The position numbers and the translations under genes are program-made. From Phoronis australis (lineage: Eukaryota > Animalia > Phoronida): 64,000 bases of DNA. Location of the stretch: NCBI GenBank assembly GCA_002633005.1, contig NMRA01000006.1, forward strand, positions 1,260,442 to 1,324,441. Reading direction: 5' to 3'. This document shows, piece after piece, positions 27,801-36,086 of the stretch; the stretch's first letter is position 1, and each line of letters begins with the position of its first letter. Below the pieces are notes generated by a model. That model ran no database searches, was not told the origin of the DNA, and worked only from the letters and a program-made list of their open reading frames with translations.

Positions 27801-30800
27801 TTTATTATGATTTATTGGTAGTATACGTCTGAGGCGAAACTGGGAACCATTTCTCTGGATTTTACCAGAAGTTTTTAGAGTCAAAGTTAGGAATTTAGTT
27901 TACATCTAACAGTACGAAAATTTACGAGTATAAAGTACAATTGAAGTTACATGGATGATCAGTCAACGGTCACTTTATATAGGCATTATGTTTTTAAACA
28001 CGATTATCAATTTTTAGGTTACCTTCCCTGGTAATAATAGTAGTTTTCCCATTACTGTGGTTCTATGTGTGGAATGATGAGAGAGACCCTCTGCAGTGTT
28101 AAATGTCTATTGTATGGTCCTTGATGTACTTTTGATTTGACTTGTGAGTAATGGTCTCCCCTGTAACAAACAAGCCTGCTCCCATTGATGGCTTTCCTCT
28201 GCTGTTTTAGCAGGCCTTCACTTTGCTGAACCATTAAAAATGCTACAGAGATCTGCAAGAGTCATCAGATCTCTGCCTAAATGTCTTGTTTATTGGCAGC
28301 CACTGTCTGTGTGGTCCATTAACATAAACAATCCTCCCAGCTGTAATACAGTACTGTGTCCGCCTATTTATACTGGCCTGCCATAGGCATTTCAACTATG
28401 TCATGGCTGATAAAAAACACTCCAGCCATCTTATGTGAACTTAAGCTGGTTCCAGGCAATACTCTTCACTTTGTTGTTATAAGGTTGTTGACCCAGGATC
28501 CTGAAATGGAGTTGGTGTTTATAAGAGCTGTAGGCCTGAGGTTTTCTGTGCTTACTGGAGAACTGGTGGATTCTGCAGAGGTGGTCATGGAGCTTAAATT
28601 TACTCTGATTTGTGTATTTGTGCTTCTAACTTACGAAATTTGAACTAGAACTAAGAAGTTGAAAACTTTTCAACTGTTTAAAATCTCAAATCACAGGTAC
28701 AAGCTTTTTGTGCTTCTTGTTTCCAGTCCTAACGTACCAATTGACAAAACCCGAGGACATTTTGCATCTTAACTTTTGCTGAATTCAAACCTTTTTTAGA
28801 TTTGTTGGATCCACTTTTCTTCGGTTTACAAACTTAAAAGGACATTTTGCACCTTAACTTCTGCTAAATTCACCCATTGTTCAGAAACCAGTATTCTGTT
28901 TCTGTTTATAAACTTAACTTCTTCAAGTTCAATTTGTAACTATTTTAACAGGATCTGGAGTTATTTGATTATTTATATTAATTTATTGAATCTATTTCAA
29001 GGGGTGCAAGGCCCTCCAATAACTTAATCAGTTGCAACCACAAATGAGTCTTAGGTTTTCGGATGGAATTCATGGAGTCTGACTTCTATCACAGAAGTGG
29101 AGCTTTTGAACCGAATTTACATATTTAAGTAGCTGATACCAAAATTTGAATATTTTTTTGTTAATTGCCAAAAATTAAAATGTAAAACATCAAGTTCAAC
29201 AATTTTTGCCACAGATAGATCGACTATCGTTTTGCAACAGATGTGTCCAAGTAGATGTTCATTCCTCTTGAAGGTGGCACTGTTCTTTTTCTGGTTTTGA
29301 GAAACAATAAACATGGCATGCTGCAAGTTATCAGTTAAACAGAGCTACAGTGTAACTTGGCGGAAAAAATAAGGCAATTCCTGGACCAATTTTATGTTAT
29401 TTATCTCTTTACAAATGTGAACTTTAAGCAGAAAACAAATGATTTTTGTGTTTGTTTAAACATTATTTTTCTGTTTTTGGAAATGGAAAACCAGGCCTCT
29501 ACAAGTACAGTGCAATGACATGTATTACAAGTACAGTGCAATGACATGTATTACAAGTACAGTGCAATGACATGTATTACAAGTACAGTGCAATGACATG
29601 TATTACAAGTACAGTGCAATGACATGTATGAAAATGTTGTAAGAAAACTGATTAGATATCGTTTAAATGGACATCAATTAACAACTTCAAATGAATAAGT
29701 AAATAAACTGATCTGAGGTGCTGCGATCTACTGTTATGTAAGATCTGAGAATATTTAAAAATTGGACATGTAGCTCTAGTGAGTTAAATGTCAAATCTAT
29801 TGAACTCTAATTGGCTTGATTCAGTCAATCATTTTGGTCCATAAATTATCAAAGTCTTCTCATTGCCACTCAAAGTCAGTTGAAAATTGTTATGCAAATT
29901 TGTTTAACAATGAGGCTGTTTACTTGCAGGTATTTCTTTTGCGTGCTATTCGCCCTCGTTATCCTCGGTGTTCTCAATGGACTGGTCCTGCTCCCTGTGA
30001 TACTCTCCATATTGGGACCCCAAGCGGAGGTATGTAGCAGCATCTGGTGGCTGTTTTGTGAACTATACACATTACTTCAGAACACAGTTCTGTTAGAAAC
30101 AGTCGTTTAAAGGGGCCTTACAATTTCTACGTCCAAGCAATGCAGTTTTGGGTTGTTGTGGGATAGGATAGAGTTTTGAAAGTATTAGTTTTGACCAATG
30201 CTATTAATCTATAAAATCCGGTGTGTGTGTGTGTGATTTTTTACAAATTACCAATTCTTGTTGTTGTCTGCCAGACATTCACTGAAGTTAAAGCATGACC
30301 AGGCTTGAGTAATAAAATTTACTAAGAAAGAAAAGTACATTCATAGCAAATTTTGTATGAAAAAAAGTCTAAGATAAAATCTCAGAAATGCTGTTAAAGT
30401 ATTCTCAGTTGACAGTTTGTTTTTGTTATGTGCAACTTTAATTTTTTCATGAAAATCAAGTCCTGTCTTTTGACAAACCCTCATGCAAAAGTGGAACATT
30501 TTAAAAACAATTCCTAATAATGTAGTGAAGAACAGTGCATAAAGCAGAGTACCTGCAAGTTTCATGCGAATACGATCAGCCACACCAGCCATTCCTGAGA
30601 TATGATGTTCCAAAGTTGGCAGAAATTAGATTCTGCATTGAGACTGATCTCGGGGGGGGGGGNAATCTTGCAGATAACTTTGAAAAATTTCGTTGAGATT
30701 TAACTGGCGTTGTCAATTTAAAATTAACTAGAAAATGTTTGCTTCAAATTTTCACTACAAACACAATGTTATTATTCATATTATTGTAAAATGCATTTGC

Positions 30801-32856
30801 TATAATGAACAATGTTGATTAAAATTCAAATTTTATTTTCATAACAGCTCTTTGTGTTGCAGATCACACCAAAGGATAATGGTGATCAAATTGCCCCTCC
30901 AACACCCGAACCTTCGCCTGTGCCGGAGAGACCGGTCAGGACCATCAGTCGAAGAGTCTATCCCAGAATGCCATCAGACATATCATTGACAACAATCAGC
31001 GAGGAACCATCCCAGTACTCCTCGCATGAGATTGTTGTTTCCCCAGAAATAGTTGTCGAGACAACAACTCATCCAACAGGAAGCAAAAACAGTAATCATA
31101 GTAGTAGACATGTAAGTGTCACCTGAGTGAAAAACTTGGCAGTTCACTAGTTCACGCTTGTCAGAACAGTGTCCCTACCTTTACAAATAAGTGTGGAAAA
31201 TCACCTGAGTGAAAAACTTGGCAGTTCACTAGTTCACGCTTGTCAGAACAGTGTCCCTACCTTTACAAATAAGTGTGCGGAAGTCTTCAGGTGTAACCCT
31301 TTTTTCCACATTAGCCCCTGCTGTGGGTGAACAATTTTCAGATTTTACTTTATTTAGATTATAACTAGAGCAGATAACCTTTTTTGCTCCACTTTGTTAG
31401 GATATGAATGCTAAGTCCTGTATTTTATTTGGATGTTAATTGCATTCGTTCGTTGGTGTTGATTAGATTTGTCAGACTTGATGTTCAATGAATTGTTATT
31501 TTGTAAAGTTGACAATGTAATTAATTGTTGAACTTTCCACGTTATAACATAATTGTCCTTCATGCAATTACAAAATGCATTTGTTTGTGTTCAGTGAGAG
31601 CTCTCATGCATTTGTGTCTTGCCATTTCAGAATACACCTCCATCGTTGCGTGTTCACGGGACGCCCCCCTCTCGTCATGTGACCCGCGTGAAGGCTAAAG
31701 CCAAAGTTACAGTAGAAGTGCACACACAGTTGCCTGGTAGGTAGTAAATGAACATGTTACATTTGATGTACCTCTTATCAACTGTTATTATGTGTATCAG
31801 ACACTCTAAAATGGAAAATCGATGTCACTTCAGTATATCATTATGGGGAGCTCAAAATTCACAGGATGCGTAGAAATGCCTGCTTTCGGGTGTGGCGATC
31901 GGTGCCTTATCACATGAACACTTCCTTTGTTCATTTATGCTTACTCCTCTTAATCCATTCAGATGTCAAGAAGATAAACCTTTGCTTATGAACACCATCT
32001 CAAAGATGGTGTCGTTCATTAGATGGAGCTCAAAAAGTGTCTTAGTTTTACAGCTGTTCTGATTAAAGACAGTGAAAAAGCAATTTTCCAATTTGGAAAG
32101 TCCGCCACAGCCACTTCCTGTTTTATGTCAGCTGTATGTTATAAATGATCAATGTTATAAATGATCAATGTTATAAATGATCAATGTTATAAATGATCAA
32201 TGTTATAAATGATCAATGTTATAAATGATCAATGTTATAAATGATCAATGTTATAAATGATCAATGTTATTGATAAATTAATATTCTGCTTCTACACTGT
32301 ATGCTGTGAAAATTTGCTGCACTTCTTGTCTACTTTTATACCAAACACTTGTGCTTTTGAGTTGTCATATTCCCATCACTGGTGGGCTTAGTATTCCAAT
32401 GGACACCAAACGTTGCTCATTTTAATTTGAGAATTGACTAATAACATTTTGTGAAATTTGAAACTTTACTTGCGATTGATAAGTTTTCAAGTAAACTCTT
32501 ATTATTGTACATTGTATTTTTGCACTATAAGTAACATTGAAAAAATTAAGTCTCTACTAAATTTTGGGGGTCACGTGTCCTGATCTGAGGGCAAGTGAAA
32601 ATGTATGTGAACAAATGTTGACAAGTATGTGTTAGTATTTAAATGCTGTTGGTGGGTGGGTGTTAATATGTAAATGTTGTTGGTGGGTGTTTGTTTAATA
32701 TGTAAATGTTGTTGGTGGGTGTGAGTTAATCTATTTCTTGTATGTACAGGTGCTGTACTGGAATATAAAAGTAAGAGGAGGCGAGAGAAGTCTCGTCACG
32801 TTGAGGCTGATTCTGGTTCAAGTTCAGACTCCAGCAACAGTAAACATTCTTCATAG
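9640..32856 (+). CDS. ptc: Patched (Hedgehog receptor, RND/SSD 12-TM protein); 5'-partial gene, 21 coding exons in window (~1194 aa)
   Basis: Exons joined with GT-AG and consistent phase: 9640-9826, 10411-10480, 10759-10856, 14905-15016, 15468-15682, 16018-16297, 16582-16740, 16948-17046, 19942-20067, 21272-21390, 21553-21919, 22427-22600, 23015-23153, 24632-24949, 25261-25541, 25847-25984, 26351-26493, 29930-30029, 30863-31111, 31631-31736, 32750-32856. Total 3587 nt with the frame preserved to TAG. Patched hallmarks: [39 protein letters not shown] (TM4), [17 protein letters not shown] (TM10), [11 protein letters not shown]. Confidence 0.97.
10411..10480 (+). CDS. ptc: patched exon ([10 protein letters not shown]...MDT)
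   Basis: ttttgcag / gtgagt; W..DICYK motif. Confidence 0.94.
10759..10856 (+). CDS. ptc: patched exon ([20 protein letters not shown])
   Basis: tttcag / gtgagt; [10 protein letters not shown] motif. Confidence 0.96.
14339..14490. repeat. ~76-bp diverged tandem duplication
   Basis: agttatacaa..actttctgagtaaatgc..tctggtgcttctctgcaa x2. Confidence 0.8.
14905..15016 (+). CDS. ptc: patched exon ([12 protein letters not shown]...VFDR)
   Basis: ttttcag / gtaaga; W.NLNP motif; phases fit. Confidence 0.92.
15468..15682 (+). CDS. ptc: patched exon ([21 protein letters not shown]...[21 protein letters not shown])
   Basis: tcttag / gtaagt; translated by hand, absent from the ORF track. Confidence 0.96.
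16018..16297 (+). CDS. ptc: patched exon (AEALQT...VLEAWQRKF...TM2 start)
   Basis: tttaag / gtgagt; AEALQT and EAWQRKF motifs. Confidence 0.95.
16383..16540. repeat. 50-bp minisatellite x3
   Basis: attgacaaaactcacaaggatactggaatgcttgctatcgacaatctcac. Confidence 0.92.
16582..16740 (+). CDS. ptc: patched exon (SSD TM2-TM3, [13 protein letters not shown]...FNASTTQ)
   Basis: ttttccag / gtaggc. Confidence 0.96.
16948..17046 (+). CDS. ptc: patched exon (TM4 [16 protein letters not shown])
   Basis: tttctag / gtaggt; GxxxDD RND motif. Confidence 0.96.
19332..19443. mobile_element. fold-back (MITE-like) element, family A copy 1
   Basis: ~43-bp imperfect inverted arms (ggtaatagtcggatataacatgcctg..ttttgagaacca / tggttctcaaaa..caggcatgttatatctggctattgcc), flanked by the direct repeat TACTGTC. 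Confidence 0.7.
19942..20067 (+). CDS. ptc: patched exon ([12 protein letters not shown]...[11 protein letters not shown])
   Basis: ttttcag / gtttgt. Confidence 0.95.
20833..20841 (-). promoter_or_regulatory. perfect Gli/Ci consensus site (TGGGTGGTC)
   Basis: Exact consensus in a ptc intron. Confidence 0.5.
21272..21390 (+). CDS. ptc: patched exon (TM6 AAILIIFN...[18 protein letters not shown])
   Basis: cttacag / gtatgc. Confidence 0.94.
21553..21919 (+). CDS. ptc: patched exon (cytoplasmic loop with PPSY and PPPY motifs)
   Basis: ttttccag / gtatgt; ends [16 protein letters not shown]. Confidence 0.93.
22427..22600 (+). CDS. ptc: patched exon (TM7, [11 protein letters not shown]...YFGFYNMY)
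   Basis: ccacag / gtcagt. Confidence 0.96.
22603..22791. repeat. 47-bp minisatellite x4
   Basis: cagttgaaggtagtgtaggatgggaagatagtgcatacttgtagtga; begins at +3 of the intron donor. Confidence 0.92.
23015..23153 (+). CDS. ptc: patched exon ([12 protein letters not shown]...[10 protein letters not shown])
   Basis: ttgcag / gtaata; translated by hand. Confidence 0.94.
23733..23860. repeat. 18-bp minisatellite x7
   Basis: ccagtatatgactgaa(c/t)g. Confidence 0.95.
24632..24949 (+). CDS. ptc: patched exon (QSAFDKDW...[10 protein letters not shown]...AFYYYLTAW)
   Basis: tttcag / gtacgt. Confidence 0.95.
25261..25541 (+). CDS. ptc: patched exon ([16 protein letters not shown]...[15 protein letters not shown]8)
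   Basis: ttacag / gtgagt. Confidence 0.96.
25847..25984 (+). CDS. ptc: patched exon (TM9-TM10, [10 protein letters not shown])
   Basis: ctgtag / gtgagt. Confidence 0.96.
26351..26493 (+). CDS. ptc: patched exon (GFITAIG...[18 protein letters not shown]...DFDFIVR)
   Basis: ccgcag / gtaaga; translated by hand. Confidence 0.96.
26771..27013. repeat. 85-bp tandem repeat x~3
   Basis: ctaactatgaactgttcactatgcgact... at 26771, 26856, 26941. Confidence 0.92.
29500..29629. repeat. 26-bp minisatellite x5
   Basis: tacaagtacagtgcaatgacatgtat. Confidence 0.95.
29930..30029 (+). CDS. ptc: patched exon (TM12 YFF...[15 protein letters not shown])
   Basis: ttgcag / gtatgt. Confidence 0.96.
30863..31111 (+). 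CDS. ptc: patched exon (C-tail PPTPEPSP...SLTTISEEP...EIVVETT)
   Basis: ttgcag / gtaagt; a second in-frame acceptor 15 nt upstream (start 30848) is also possible. Confidence 0.9.
31119..31277. repeat. 82-bp period tandem duplication
   Basis: tcacctgagtgaaaaacttggcag...ataagtgtg at 31119 and 31201. Confidence 0.92.
31631..31736 (+). CDS. ptc: patched exon (C-tail ...[16 protein letters not shown])
   Basis: tttcag / gtaggt; resembles the T.V.A.A.V.VE.H motif of Ptc C-tails. Confidence 0.85.
32136..32270. repeat. 16-bp minisatellite x~8
   Basis: atgttataaatgatca. Confidence 0.95.
32750..32856 (+). CDS. ptc: patched last coding exon ([14 protein letters not shown]...SKHSS*)
   Basis: tgtacag acceptor, phase fits the preceding exon, ends in TAG. 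Confidence 0.75.
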
Positions 32857-33833
32857 GTAAGCCATCTGCGTGACACACTCTATGTCAATCAGGTGTAGGG
32901 CTGTGTTTACCCATTTAATTTGTATGATCTTTGAAAATTTGTCTCAATTTAGAAGCCTCAATTTGTGTTATTGTAAAACATTTCTGAGAAAGGTTGACCA
33001 GAGACTGTCATATTTCCTAAATGTAATTAACGTCTTCCGTGAACAGATTGTTGTGATTCTAGGTGTTTTGAACTATCCGAGTAGTCCTAGCAATGCTCCA
33101 TTAATGCAAGAATACGTGATGCCTTTTCATGCGTGCCGTATTGCAAACAGAGTGGCCGATAGTTTTTTGAAATTTGCCGTTACCCATGATAGAAGTATGC
33201 ATGCCCCACGGGTGCTAGAGTCATTTGAAAAAACACAGCGGGTGTTGTTTGTAGCTATTTCAATTAATTGGGGATTCTCGCGGTTCAGTATACAAAAGTC
33301 CTTAACAAGCCTGTTTCTTACATTTGGCAATTTATGACTTCGTTGTGGTCAGGGGATGCTTTGAATTTATTGTAGGAATTTAATTTACATAGCCTACTGT
33401 TAGAGGCAAACTTTAATGTTGATTGAGACTTCTTTGGTCAAGATATCATATGTGAAACATGAATGAGTGGACTGTGGGTTTTACTAATTGTTCAAATAGC
33501 TTAGTTTATTCTTGGATTTGTTTCCTGACCATTTATAAACAGAGCACAGCCAGTCTGGTGCCTGGAGTCCAATAAATAAAGATCACCAGATTAGCCTGCA
33601 ATAAACCTAAGAGGGTGTTTGCAGGCAGTTTTTCCTGTTGCCATGGTTACTAACCTTGTCTTTTGAAATCTTTAGAAGCAAGTGGTCACCACCTGCCAGA
33701 CTTGTGAAAGTAGTGTAAACTGACAATTCTTTTTGATTTTATATTTACTGTTCTGGTATTTGCCTTCAATCAGTGGCTGGCCTTAGTTGTTCATGTTTCC
33801 TTGGTGACCGATTTTTTTTTCTTTCTGTTTCAG

Positions 33834-34935
33834 TTGTTTGGTGTTCTTGAACCCTTGGTGCTAGTTGGACTGCAATACGTATTTGATTCATTGTGTCTTA
33901 TTTAATGTTTACTGTAAATTATTACAATCTGTGTACAATGTACATTGTGTCACGGGACGGCAGCTCTCTCCAGAGGTGTACATCATAACGAACAGTCGTC
34001 GTGGCAACGAACTGAACTGGTGATATAATGTTAATACGTGTATATTATGACAAAGGCTGTATATAACTTGTATTATAAAATGTATGTATATAGTTTATAT
34101 TTATGTACAGATGTGTGCGTATCATTGATATTGTTTGAGCTTAGTTGTCATAACTCAGGGTGTCTTAACTAGGGTATGTCGGCGCACCAGTGAATGGACA
34201 TGCTTGAAGGAAGAAATATGTGTTAAACAGTATTAGTTTTTAGCCAGTTTTATACATTACCTCTCAAAAATAAGGGATGTTCAGTCTGGTAGGACCTGGT
34301 TGCTATGGAAACATTTGTTGTGTGACACCTGTAGCCCTCCAATTGTCTCAGAACTGTTGATGCTACTGCATAAATGTACTTAGATCCAAGATGGTCGCTT
34401 GGTTCCAAAATAACCGTTTGTTACAAGAAATCCAATTTTTATTCACATGGGTTCCCTTTTCATTGTTAATGTACTTTCTGGTGATGTTGAGATAATTAGG
34501 GAAAAGTTAGACAATCACATTGTTGTTGATGTAGATACTTGGTTTGTTTTCTAAAACTTGCCTTTAGACCCTCCATTCCCTCTAGTGTGTACCTGTCTCG
34601 TGTTACAGGGTGGTACAACCATGCGCAAGTTGCCAAAATCAAAATATTCATTGTGTACCTATATAATACTCAAACCTGTAAAATACTCTACGGTAGCATA
34701 ATAGTGAGTTAAGTTTGTACTGGATGGAGGTAGACATGCGAATGAGTAGGTATGTAACCTCTGACCTGTGTCATTGTATGCTCAATGATTGTTGTCAAAT
34801 ATTACTATTTTTGTCTGTGATAGAGTTGAGTCCCTGGAACCTGTATAACTAATGTGTAGTTAAAAAAGCACAAAGTTGTCAAATATTGGGTTATGAAACC
34901 AGTTGAAAATAAAAATAACTGCAAAATTTTATCAG
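33834..34935 (+). other. ptc: probable non-coding terminal exon / 3'UTR of patched
   Basis: Donor AG|GTAAGC directly after the stop; strong acceptor ttttttttttctttctgtttcag ending 33833; AATAAA at 34908 followed by GT/T-rich sequence. Confidence 0.55.
34908..34913 (+). terminator. poly(A) signal AATAAA, putative patched 3' end
   Basis: AATAAA with a downstream tgtggtttt/ttgtgt tract; strand composition switches here. Confidence 0.55.
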
Positions 34936-34946
34936 TGCATTGTGGT

Positions 34947-34952
34947 TTTATT
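34947..34952 (-). terminator. poly(A) signal AATAAA, putative oligopeptidase 3' end
   Basis: tttatt on the + strand, ~1.05 kb past the - strand stop codon at 36000. Confidence 0.5.
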
Positions 34953-35999
34953 ACTGTTCAAATGTAAAGTCTTGTTCCAGTTGTGTATGCTATTTTTTCC
35001 AAAAATGATAAGCAAAATTAGCTTTTATAACTTTCCAGAGACTGACTGCACAGTTCAAAACCATTGTTGGCTCTTTTAGAACGCTATACAACTTGAACCA
35101 TGTAAACTGAAACTTCTAGGCTGTATACTGAGAAATCTTAGATAATGGAAGACCTATTTCTGCCATAGTGAACATTTCAATTGTAGAGACTGCTAACAGA
35201 GAATACACAGCAGTGCTCCCACCAATACATGTAATTTATAACTTGGTACAACACTGAATTAAACAGCGCGCTTGACGATTACCGATACTTATAAAATACT
35301 ACTTCCAAACTATGTTCAACAAATGCCATAAAGAAGATGCATTATACATGAAACAATATCACTGAAAAACTTAGGAGACAAAGGGTTGACTTACAGAGAA
35401 ATTAAACTCGACTTTCACCTGCTGATTCTTTTGTGTGACTGTAAGCTCTGACGTGCTTACTAACACAGCACTGTGAACCAACACAATTAGGCTCGTTCGT
35501 CAAGTTTAATCGAATGTGATACCAGATCAGATCGTGATGTTGGAAATGTCTTGGTTTTAACAGGCCAGAGGTCCGGGGAATGGTACATAACGATAGTTTT
35601 CATCGATGACAGATTAAAGCAGCCTCAAACCTGCCTTTCGCCTGCTTTTAAGTCGAATCGGATGTGACTTCAAGGCTTCCACAGAACACGATAGTTTGTA
35701 ATTGCTAAGACCAAGCTCTACAAATTTGCTCATCTTAGTAAGACAGAAGGAGATAACAAATTTATCACGAATGAAAGTTCCACTTCTTGGTGAGAGTGTG
35801 TGGGCTTATAGACACTTGTTAAATATGTAGACTAACACGACAGAAAATGTTGGCAAAAGAAAACCAGCACTAACTGCACATGGATTTACATACACTGACA
35901 TGGTTAAGACGAGAACGCAGGACTTCACATCAGAAACATTGCACTGTTGAATGTCAAATATGATGTCGAAGGGTGGCGAACTTCACCCCTGGATCAGCC

Positions 36000-36086
36000 T
36001 TACTCTGACTTGAGGCCTTTACTAATGAGGAATGGTTCTTGTTTGGGTTCACGTCCAAGGAAGTTTCGCAACATCACATCTCCATC
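36000..36086 (-). CDS. THOP1: oligopeptidase exon 16 ([28 protein letters not shown])
   Basis: cag acceptor; ML.NFLGREP....FL.SKGL C-terminal motif; TAA. Confidence 0.94.
   Translation of the reverse strand, partial: DGDVMLRNFLGREPKQEPFLISKGLKSE

Noticed and set aside
30651-30663. G-run with N as a G-quadruplex or regulatory element
   Set aside because: A homopolymer ending in N is most simply a contig join or sequencing dropout.
31988-32019. Short hairpin acaccatct-caa-agatggtgt as a Helitron end or terminator
   Set aside because: No CTRR terminus follows, and 9-bp stems occur by chance in 64 kb.
16383-32270. Regular repeats as a CRISPR-like array
   Set aside because: Units are head-to-tail with no unique spacers, there are no cas genes, and the context is eukaryotic introns.
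32870-33337. 155-aa ORF just after the patched stop
   Set aside because: GTG start, no recognisable domain, and it lies in the probable 3'UTR intron.
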